Source: Candidatus Moraniibacteriota bacterium (GTDB lineage Bacteria > Patescibacteriota > Minisyncoccia > Moranbacterales > GCA-2747515). Taken from it: a stretch of 64,000 bases of DNA. Location: positions 354,474 to 418,473 of the forward strand of contig CP065011.1 in assembly GCA_016699795.1 (NCBI GenBank), given 5' to 3'. The notes beneath the pieces were generated by a model. The model saw only the letters and a list, made by a program, of their open reading frames with translations. It made no database searches and was not told where the DNA came from. The stretch's first letter is position 1, and every line of letters starts with the position of its first letter. Positions 51,608 through 59,517 of the stretch are shown here, piece by piece. A program made the position numbers and the translations under genes.

Positions 51608-52783
51608 TCAATTCTTAAGGCACCGAACCGGTAACCCGTTAGCGCGGTCGTAGGAATTGGCGGGATTCACACTCCCAGAGTTGAAGTAGAGGTTCAACGC
51701 AAGCGTACCACTTACACTACTCGACCAATAGAACCCGTAACTCCCCTGATTGCCGAAACCGCCACTGGAGCGGTGCCGGTAGCCCGCGACGGATAATTTT
51801 AAAGTACTCGCGTACGCGGTAGCGCTATCAGTAATTCCTTCTGCCGAAACAAGAACACTCCATTCTGGTTGAGTAGGAAGGCGGAAACCTGGAGGGCATG
51901 GATTATTTGTACCATCGACTCCTTGCCAGAGAGTATTGTTTTGTGGACTTCTCCAATCATAAGGAGAACTGGGAGCAAGAATAAATTGTCCATGTCCAGG
52001 AGTATCCAAAGAAGAAAGCGTTCCTGTTGTGGTACTAGTTGTAAGTTGATGTCCATCAGTTCCTCTTCCCCACTGATAATAATGTCCGTAAGATTGCGAA
52101 TCATTGAATGCTGTAGCTACGCGTGTTGCACCGAGATTTCTGTCGAGCCATACTTTTCCGTCTTTGGCGGTAATAGGACTATAAATTATTCCTTGAAATC
52201 CGCAAGGAACTCCGGAAGAAACACTACTACACGAATAAAGACATGTTGTTGAACATACAGATGGTGTAAAACATTCAGTATTGGTCGAACACGTTGCTCC
52301 GGGAGGCTTAAGGAGTTTTATATCCGCATTCGTTCCTGTTCCGAAGGTAAATACTTTATTTTTCGTTCCTGCATTAAAATCCACATCGCTTGTTTGTATC
52401 CAGCTATTCTGCGTCCCCGTAATCGTTACACCACTTGCATCTGCTTGGATATTTGCATCTTTGGAAGCATACTCCGTCCAGTTTTCTTGATTGTTAGTAT
52501 GTGTGGCAGTATTTGCTGTTACTCCTCCTATCCAACTACTTTGAATCCATCCATACGTTGCTCCTTTTATATTTTTTGAAAAGAAAAAAGAGACTCCTCC
52601 TAAGATAAGAATGGTTAAGAGGAAAGTAGAAGTGAGTTTTCTTTTTTTGGAGAGGAAAGAAAAAAAAGAAGAAAGAGAGATTTCTTTTTTTTCTTTTATA
52701 GAATAAGTATTGTTTTTTTCTTTTCGTATTCCATCAAGAGTTCTTTGTAGTTTGGGGGGAGTATTTTTTTTCGTAAACATCAT
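51608..52783 (-). CDS. DGR target (variable) protein: membrane-anchored, FISUMP/C-type-lectin-fold domain with C-terminal VR
   Basis: N-terminal TM and a Cys-rich stalk. GHYYQWGRG ... NPCPPGFRLPTQPEWSVL ... GYRHRSSGGF ... YGFYWSSS matches the Fibrobacter-type paralogous/CLec-fold DGR target pattern. The last 60 codons form the variable repeat. Confidence 0.8.
   Translation of the reverse strand: MMFTKKNTPPKLQRTLDGIRKEKNNTYSIKEKKEISLSSFFSFLSKKRKLTSTFLLTILILGGVSFFFSKNIKGATYGWIQSSWIGGVTANTATHTNNQENWTEYASKDANIQADASGVTITGTQNSWIQTSDVDFNAGTKNKVFTFGTGTNADIKLLKPPGATCSTNTECFTPSVCSTTCLYSCSSVSSGVPCGFQGIIYSPITAKDGKVWLDRNLGATRVATAFNDSQSYGHYYQWGRGTDGHQLTTSTTTGTLSSLDTPGHGQFILAPSSPYDWRSPQNNTLWQGVDGTNNPCPPGFRLPTQPEWSVLVSAEGITDSATAYASTLKLSVAGYRHRSSGGFGNQGSYGFYWSSSVSGTLALNLYFNSGSVNPANSYDRANGLPVRCLKN
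51611..51791 (-). repeat. DGR variable repeat (VR) at the 3' end of the target gene
   Basis: Cognate of the TR. It differs only at positions that are adenine in the TR coding strand. Confidence 0.85.
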
Positions 52784-53033
52784 ACTATTTTATTGTATAA
52801 TAAATGTTCTTTTTTTTGTTTGTGAAATAATCTTTTTTCTTTTTTTAGTATAGGATGTTTTGTGTTTTTTGTGAAATGGGAGTTTTATTCACACTTTTTT
52901 CTGTCTTTTCTCCCTGAGGAAAAGGGATTACCGAGTCTTTCTCTCTTTCTTCTCTCCCTTTGCCAAAAGGGAGTACCCGAGTCTTCGAGGGGGAGGGATT
53001 TGTATTGATTTCACAAAAGAATTTCATACAAAG

Positions 53034-53073
53034 AAAATCCCCCTCAATCCCCCTTTTTCTAAGGGGGAGGAAT
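53034..53073. repeat. 40-bp perfect direct repeat, copy 1 (hairpin-containing)
   Basis: AAAATCCCCCTCAATCCCCCTTTTTCTAAGGGGGAGGAAT, identical to 54401..54440. Contains a CCCCC-N9-GGGGG inverted repeat. Followed at 53118-53232 by a degenerate repeat about 115 bp long. Confidence 0.7.
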
Positions 53074-53293
53074 TAGCTCTGGATTGCCACTTCACTCGAA
53101 GACTTCTCCTCGCAATGACTCTTTTTCCGTCTCCGCGAGATTTCGAGTCTTCGAGAAATCGTGGCGGTCCATGCGGATCGGACTGATTTGCCACGACTGA
53201 GCACGGCTTCGCAAAGACGGAAAGAAGTCCGGGCTAGATTGTCCCTGTGGAATAAAATCCAATTCCAAAGAGCAGTTTAGAGATTTCTAATCA

Positions 53294-53572
53294 TTATTTC
53301 TTAAAAGAGTATTCTTCCAACGTTTTGAGTGTCATTTGTACTGTAGGATTAATCGTAGACACAAATATTGAAGAAGGAAATTGTTTCCTTAAAGGAGTGA
53401 GAACCTCATCAGCCCAAGAGGGTGTCAAAACTTTCACACCAGAAAAATCAATTTCTACTTTTTCATTCTTTTTAATTTCAGGAAGAGTATAGGCAGCCAA
53501 AACTAAATAAGCTTCTTTCCCCGCAGGACGAGAAACGAGCATTTCACCAAATTTTTTAAGCTCTATTTTCAT
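53294..53572 (-). CDS. DUF4325 (STAS-like) small protein
   Basis: 92 aa. The MKIELKKFGEMLVSRPAGKEAY...EKVEIDFSGVKVLTPSWADE pattern matches the DUF4325/STAS-like family. Confidence 0.5.
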   Translation of the reverse strand: MKIELKKFGEMLVSRPAGKEAYLVLAAYTLPEIKKNEKVEIDFSGVKVLTPSWADEVLTPLRKQFPSSIFVSTINPTVQMTLKTLEEYSFKK

Positions 53573-53577
53573 ACATT

Positions 53578-54156
53578 TTATTCATAGATAAAAGCAAGAC
53601 ATCCACAAATTTTTTCCTTATTTTCTAGTATACGCATTTCCCCTTTACAAAGATAAAGGTGTGCATTTCCAGAAAAAAAATCTAAAAAAATATCCATTTC
53701 TTCTACTACATTTTTTACAAATTTGAGACCATTTCCTCTGTTTTCAGGAGCCCGTCCAGATATTTTTTTTGTAAAAGCTACTTCAAGGGCATCTCGATCA
53801 AGAAGTAATGTAGCGTCCACTTTGTGAAGTGTTTCTAAGACACCTCTTCCTCTATCAGAAAGAAAAAGAGAGACTTTTCCTTCCGTATCTTTTTCATATC
53901 CAAATAAAACTCCTGGAACATCCTTCCAATTCCCAGCATTATGATCAAAAGAATTATTTCCAATTTCTCCGGCCAGCGCAGAAAAAAGATAAGCCCTTTC
54001 TTCGGGAACGCCCAAGCGGATAAGTTCTCCTGACATTCTCTCTAATCTTGCCTGAAAAACGTCTCGTGTTTCGCAATGCCAATCCGGAGAAATATCCTTC
54101 GGAATACATTCAGATCGAGAAAATTCATCTATACTTTTTTGGAGAGAAAATTTCAT
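53578..54156 (-). CDS. GHKL-superfamily ATPase (anti-sigma-factor / Ser-kinase-like HATPase_c)
   Basis: N-box-like GEIGNNSFDH, G1-like DRGRG and G2-like GNGL. Confidence 0.5.
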   Translation of the reverse strand: MKFSLQKSIDEFSRSECIPKDISPDWHCETRDVFQARLERMSGELIRLGVPEERAYLFSALAGEIGNNSFDHNAGNWKDVPGVLFGYEKDTEGKVSLFLSDRGRGVLETLHKVDATLLLDRDALEVAFTKKISGRAPENRGNGLKFVKNVVEEMDIFLDFFSGNAHLYLCKGEMRILENKEKICGCLAFIYE

Positions 54157-54400
54157 TTTTTTATCTTAGCAAAGAAGAAAAAAAATAACAACCATACTTT
54201 ATTTTTTAATTAAAAAATCCAAAAAAGCATGTCTTTAATTTTTAATTTTTTACCATTCCTAAAACACGCACCCTTACGGTATTTAAAGATAATCTGCAAA
54301 TCCAAAAGGATATTTTTTCCTTCCGTTTTCGCGAGGAGTCCGCGACGTGGCGGTCCATCTGAATTTCTGGATTACTTCGCTATGCTCACAAAGACGGAAA

Positions 54401-54440
54401 AAAATCCCCCTCAATCCCCCTTTTTCTAAGGGGGAGGAAT
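54401..54440. repeat. 40-bp perfect direct repeat, copy 2
   Basis: Identical to 53034..53073. Preceded at 54309-54400 by a degenerate copy of the same 115-bp repeat, and followed by a further partial copy. Confidence 0.7.
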
Positions 54441-54563
54441 CCGAACAACGAAAAGGAAATCTGGAGAGTTTTCCGCCAAAGGCGGATCGAGTCTCCATTC
54501 CTCGAAGAATCGTCGGTCGAAAAAACAGGAAGAAATAAAACTCATTCGCAAAAAAAGAAAGAT

Positions 54564-55658
54564 TTAACCCCGATACAAACAACTTTTTTCGTACACTTCC
54601 ACAAGTGATTTTGCACATAAAGAACTTTTGTAATGTTCTTCGGCATATAAATGACCGGCTTTTCCAAAAGATTTTGCTTTTTCTTCATTATCTAAAAGAT
54701 GTTCTACAGCATCAGAAAATTCACTACTTTCTTTGGCATCAGAAGCGAGAAATCCTGTTACCTGATCAATAATCCTTTCTTGTGCACCACCAGAAGAAAC
54801 AGCTACCACAGGAAGCCCTGCGTACATCGCTTCTTCCACAACAACAGCGCGGAAGTCTTCTTTGGAAACATACACAAAAACATCAGCGCAAGCATAATAA
54901 TGTTTCATATCATATTTTGGTACTTCTTCAGCAAAAAATACTCGATTTCCTAAACCTCTCGCCACAACTTCTGTTCGAAAAAAATCTACAAGATTTCCTC
55001 CACCAACACAAAGAAGGTATACATTTTCTCTTCTTTTGATCAAAGATGTGAGTGATTGAAAAAGAAACTGTGAATTCTTCTCTTGCGTCACACGAGAAAC
55101 TGACAAAAGTACTTTGGCATCACTTGGTATATCCCATTTTTTTCGAACAGCTGATCCATTGGGATCTAAAAAAAATTCAGGAACTACTCCCGTAGGAAGC
55201 ACTACTATTTTCTGATTTAATGATGTTGCCTTTCGAAGCATTTCTCCGATAATTTCTGTTGGAACTATTGTCGTATTGGGTAATTCTTTTACAAGGCGTG
55301 ATTTTTCTACAGAGATCGTATCTGAAACTGTTTGAATCCAAGGAACTCCCCTTTTCTTTGCCCATTCTCTCGCAATTTTTCCAAGACCATCATACTGTTG
55401 CGTATGCACGATATCTACATTCAAAGAATCAAGATCTTGTATAATCTGATGCGAATTCCACACAAGCCTCTTTCCAAAAATTTCTGTCACTCGATATCGG
55501 AAAACTCCCTCTTCCCGACCAAGACTCTTTCCCCGATGCGAAGCAAGTACGAAAACTACATGACCTTGTTTCATGAGTTCAAATCGCAAACTTTCTAAAC
55601 CTCCAGATGATCCACGAGGATTTGGATAGTATTTATTCGTAACGAAAGCAATTTTCAT
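54564..55658 (-). CDS. GT4 (group 1) glycosyltransferase
   Basis: Two Rossmann-like halves with an EEAMYAGLPVVA motif. Confidence 0.7.
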   Translation of the reverse strand: MKIAFVTNKYYPNPRGSSGGLESLRFELMKQGHVVFVLASHRGKSLGREEGVFRYRVTEIFGKRLVWNSHQIIQDLDSLNVDIVHTQQYDGLGKIAREWAKKRGVPWIQTVSDTISVEKSRLVKELPNTTIVPTEIIGEMLRKATSLNQKIVVLPTGVVPEFFLDPNGSAVRKKWDIPSDAKVLLSVSRVTQEKNSQFLFQSLTSLIKRRENVYLLCVGGGNLVDFFRTEVVARGLGNRVFFAEEVPKYDMKHYYACADVFVYVSKEDFRAVVVEEAMYAGLPVVAVSSGGAQERIIDQVTGFLASDAKESSEFSDAVEHLLDNEEKAKSFGKAGHLYAEEHYKSSLCAKSLVEVYEKSCLYRG

Positions 55659-55699
55659 ACTCGTGTGTTTTATTTTTTGATTTTTTTCAAAATATTTCT

Positions 55700-56374
55700 C
55701 TACTGAGCCAACTCAACATTTCTAAAATCGCTATAACAAGAAGGTCTTATTCCCTCCCAAGTAAGCTTTGGCTTAGTAAGTTTTATCGTAAGGAGATCCC
55801 CTTCAGAACTTGCCAAAAGCTTTTCTAGCGTTTCGCCCGTTATTTGATTTTCTACAGCACCACCATCTCCATAATTCTGTGAAAATATGCCTTTCTGTTG
55901 TTCTAAATAACAACCAATACCTAAAGACGTATTCTTTTCTAAAAATCGTTCTACAGCATCCTCCTTTGCCTTTTTTGGAACAAAAGCAATGTATTCCAAT
56001 TCACCCTGACACATTCCTTGCGGTTCGCAAGGAACTTTCTTTCGTTCAATATAACCCGTAACTTCAAAACTTCCTACGAAACCATTTTCGATTTCCTTCA
56101 GAGGTTCCTTATTTTCTTTTTCAATTCTTTCTGTTTCTTGTTTCATCTTCTCTATATCCTTTCTCATCTTTTCTTGCTCTTCAGGCGAGAGTCCTTCAGG
56201 AATAAGTATTTCCTCTTCTGTTTTCTGAGGTTCTTCTTGTGCTGTTTTTTCCTTTTCTGAAGAGAAAAAATTCTCTTTTACTTCACGAAAAAGAAAATAG
56301 CTAAAATATACACCAGAAGCCAAAAGACAAATTATTATAATAGAAAGAAAAACTATTTTTCTTCTCATACACAT
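55700..56374 (-). CDS. Hypothetical membrane-anchored protein with a Glu/Lys-rich coiled-coil segment
   Basis: N-terminal TM plus a charged linker. Confidence 0.35.
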   Translation of the reverse strand: MCMRRKIVFLSIIIICLLASGVYFSYFLFREVKENFFSSEKEKTAQEEPQKTEEEILIPEGLSPEEQEKMRKDIEKMKQETERIEKENKEPLKEIENGFVGSFEVTGYIERKKVPCEPQGMCQGELEYIAFVPKKAKEDAVERFLEKNTSLGIGCYLEQQKGIFSQNYGDGGAVENQITGETLEKLLASSEGDLLTIKLTKPKLTWEGIRPSCYSDFRNVELAQ

Positions 56375-56382
56375 AGAATTCT

Positions 56383-56757
56383 TTAAAGATCTTCACGAAT
56401 AAGTCGGATATCACTTCCTGCTGTAATTCCTGTGGAAGATTCATAACTTGCCCATCCTGTTTGACTTCCTGGATGCTGTGCCGTATCGGTCGATTGTTGT
56501 GACCATGAGCTTTGTAACCAAGAAAAAGTTGCTGCCTTTATAGTTTCAGCGTAATAGAAAAATGTCAAAGTAAAAGCTGAAACAGCTATAAGGAAAAAAC
56601 TTCCCAAAAGCAATTTTTTATTCCTCTCGAAGAATGGGACGGTAGATATTTTTGAAAGAAGCACAGTTGGAGAAATAAATGCATTTCGCTTCCCAACGAC
56701 ACTATCCAAAGAGGGTCGTATAACTCTTTCTTCTTTTTGTTTTCTAAAAAAATTCAT
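56383..56757 (-). CDS. Membrane-anchored protein paralogous to the N-terminal region of the DGR target
   Basis: After the TM, IKAATFSWLQSSWSQQSTDTAQHPGSQTGWASYES parallels the target IKGATYGWIQSSWIGGVTANTATHTNNQENWTEYAS. It lacks a CLec/VR domain. Start at the internal Met MNFFRKQ. Confidence 0.45.
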   Translation of the reverse strand: MNFFRKQKEERVIRPSLDSVVGKRNAFISPTVLLSKISTVPFFERNKKLLLGSFFLIAVSAFTLTFFYYAETIKAATFSWLQSSWSQQSTDTAQHPGSQTGWASYESSTGITAGSDIRLIREDL

Positions 56758-56907
56758 AAAAATAAAAATTTTATGGTATTTACTCTTGATCCAAGTATAC
56801 CAGAAAAAATAAAACATACAAAATATTTTTCAATAGGGTCATTACTACGCTTCTTTCGTCAGAAAATTTTTATCAATCTTCGTAAAGGGAAACATAAAGA
56901 TTTGATA

Positions 56908-58185
56908 CTAAACCTTTTCTTCTCTACTTCTAAAGAAAAATCCTATGAGAGCAAACGAGAAGAAAATACCAAAATGAGATGTCCATATCCAATGATCCAG
57001 AAAAAGAAAAGGAAGTATCGTGCAAAAAATTCCCAAAGAAAAAAGCAATCGTCTTTTTATACCTTCTCGAAACAAAAACCCTATCAGCATAAGAAAGAAT
57101 AAAAAACCTACTATTCCCAATTCAGAAAAAACAAGAAGAAAGACATTATGCACTGGCTGAAATTGAGCAATGTAAGAATCTTTATGGAATACATGCTCTT
57201 TCGTCCACATTGTAAAATTTCCAGCTCCCACACCCCAAATATTTTTTTGAATAAGTTCTTTGGATTGCAAAAAAAGTTCTTGTCTTTCTACAAAAGATTT
57301 TTCTTGAGCTAAAGTTTCTACAGGAAAACGATTAAAAAATAATTCTCGAACGGGAAAGAAAAAAATACCAAGTGAACACACTACAATAAAAGAAATGAAC
57401 ATCCATCGAAAAAGAAATTTCTTATATTCTTTCCAGAAAATAATACCCCCCATAACAAATAGCCATCCAAAAAAGAAACCTATCCATGTCGTTCGAGAAA
57501 ATGAAAAAATAAGTCCCCAGAGAGAAAATGGAAGAAAAAACCACAATATATTGTATTTTTTTTCTTTTCCTAACACAAGACACATAGAGGCTAACGATAT
57601 GATCGCCATAATTCCCCCGAATATATTGGGGTGAGAAAATCCTCCATAACTTCTAAGCCATCGGCCAGATTCATCTTTCAACACAGAAACGCCTGGCTTC
57701 CAAGATTCATATTCCGATAAACCCAAAAAAGTTATTTCCGGAGAATGTTGCGTTGTCCATTGAATAAGTCCAAGGAAAATATGAATACTCAAAGCTACTA
57801 AAAAGGTTTTATATGTTTTTGAAAAAGAAAGATCTCCATATCGAACACTTATAAAAAGCCCGAGAGAAAGAAAGAGTTTCCACGTAAAGAACAAGGCTAT
57901 CGAAAAATCAAGAGCCCAAAAGCAGGAGAAAAGAGAAAAAATCACCATTCCCAAAAGACTCACTACCACGCCATCTTTCAAAAAAATACCATACTTTTGT
58001 CTTGGTATCTGCAAAAAGAAAAATGTCAAAAATCCCAAAAGAAAAAAATCACTGGCATAAAAAAGAATACTGGCATATTCCCATTTTTCACCCTCAATAT
58101 ATACATCTCGGAGTATCCAAACCGTCTGGAATGGTAAAGTAAAAACAAAAGCGTACCAAAAAAAATTTCTTATTTTTCCTTTCAT
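56908..58185 (-). CDS. O-antigen ligase/Wzy-like polytopic membrane protein
   Basis: About 12 TM with a large extracytoplasmic loop near the C-terminal third. Family call is tentative. Confidence 0.4.
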   Translation of the reverse strand: MKGKIRNFFWYAFVFTLPFQTVWILRDVYIEGEKWEYASILFYASDFFLLGFLTFFFLQIPRQKYGIFLKDGVVVSLLGMVIFSLFSCFWALDFSIALFFTWKLFLSLGLFISVRYGDLSFSKTYKTFLVALSIHIFLGLIQWTTQHSPEITFLGLSEYESWKPGVSVLKDESGRWLRSYGGFSHPNIFGGIMAIISLASMCLVLGKEKKYNILWFFLPFSLWGLIFSFSRTTWIGFFFGWLFVMGGIIFWKEYKKFLFRWMFISFIVVCSLGIFFFPVRELFFNRFPVETLAQEKSFVERQELFLQSKELIQKNIWGVGAGNFTMWTKEHVFHKDSYIAQFQPVHNVFLLVFSELGIVGFLFFLMLIGFLFREGIKRRLLFSLGIFCTILPFLFLDHWIWTSHFGIFFSFALIGFFFRSREEKV

Positions 58186-58210
58186 AAAAAGATTAAAGTA
58201 TCGAAATCCC

Positions 58211-58999
58211 TTATAAAGAAAGGCTCAAGCTAACAGGGCAATGATCAGAACCGTACACATCCCCAAGAATAGCTACTTCTTTTATATGATCCCTGAGCGA
58301 CTCATTAACAAAAAAATAATCCAATCGCCACCCAACATTCCTTTCTCGAGCTCTCGTTTTGAGGTCCCACCACGAATACGCGATCTCTTTAGTATGAAGG
58401 AATCGAAAGGTATCACAAAATCCTGCCAAAGTAAGTTTATCCATCCAATCCCTTTCTATTCGTAAAAAACCGGTATTTTTTTCATTTTCTTTGGGTCTAG
58501 CAAGGTCTATTTCATTATGAGCAGTATTCACATCGCCACAAAAAATAACATTTTTTCCTTCTTTTGTAAGTTTTTTTATATATTCAAGAAATTCTTCATA
58601 AAAGGCTAATTTGTAACGAAGTCTTTCAGCTCCCCCTCCTCCATTGGGAAAATAAACTGAAAACAGTATAAATTTTTCAAATTCCATTTCCATAACACGA
58701 CCTTCTGTCGAAAGAAGAGGAAATTCTTGAAAAAAAGTTCTCACTGCACGGGGCTCTTCTTTGGTGTATATTGCCACACCGCTATATCCTTTCTTCTCTT
58801 TGGCACAATGAAAATAAGAAAAATACCCATCAGGATTTCTCAACTCTCCTGTAAGTTGTTCAGGATCTGAGATTTTTGTTTCTTGAAGCGCTACCATATC
58901 ATATCCCCCCTTCTCTAACCATTGTAAGAATCCTTTTTTTCCCGCAGCACGAAGACCATTCACATTCCAAGAAATCAAAGAAATATTTTTCTTTTTCAT
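58211..58999 (-). CDS. xth: Exodeoxyribonuclease III (AP endonuclease)
   Basis: WNVNGLRA, LQETK, GDVNTAHNEIDL and SDHCPV are EEP-family Xth motifs. Confidence 0.85.
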   Translation of the reverse strand: MKKKNISLISWNVNGLRAAGKKGFLQWLEKGGYDMVALQETKISDPEQLTGELRNPDGYFSYFHCAKEKKGYSGVAIYTKEEPRAVRTFFQEFPLLSTEGRVMEMEFEKFILFSVYFPNGGGGAERLRYKLAFYEEFLEYIKKLTKEGKNVIFCGDVNTAHNEIDLARPKENEKNTGFLRIERDWMDKLTLAGFCDTFRFLHTKEIAYSWWDLKTRARERNVGWRLDYFFVNESLRDHIKEVAILGDVYGSDHCPVSLSLSL

Positions 59000-59404
59000 A
59001 AAACAAAAAATTAAAAGTTTTAGATTCTCTGAGGCTCATTCCGGACTATCATTTTCATCTCACATCAAAAAAATAAGTAAGTAGGATTTCTTCTTTACCA
59101 TAAATTTTTAAAGATACCTCTCTCAAAATCTATTCTAACAAAATTCTTCAATCAAAACCACTCTTTTTCGTATTTCGTATTACATCCTTTGCTTTTTATT
59201 ATCATTTTGTATAAACGTCTATTCTATCTCTATGATAATTACGACTAGCCTTCCTCGTTCTTTCTAAAATAAATCTCCGTATAAAGTCTAGAAAATTTTG
59301 GCTTTCTCTAAAAAGTGCTGAAATAAAATTTTGAAAATTTCGCATATCTTTTTATAGAATACCTTTTTATAGAATATCTTTTTATTTATTCTATGTATTT
59401 CCCA

Positions 59405-59445
59405 TAAAAAAGAAGACTTCCATTAAGTTATAGAAGTCATCTTTC
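59405..59445 (-). terminator. Putative rho-independent terminator downstream of typA
   Basis: Minus-strand hairpin GATGACTTC-N13-GAAGTCTTC followed by TTTTTTAT. Confidence 0.4.
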
Positions 59446-59517
59446 TTACTATTGTTTGTCTTTTTAATATATTCTCTTGCTTTAAAATAAATAAATTATA
59501 CTTCAAAGCAATCTTTC

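Noticed and set aside
52900-54560. Possible CRISPR array, because of repeated 40-bp units with hairpin potential
   Set aside because: There are only two perfect copies, 1.37 kb apart, separated by protein-coding genes. There is no regular repeat-spacer periodicity and no cas genes.
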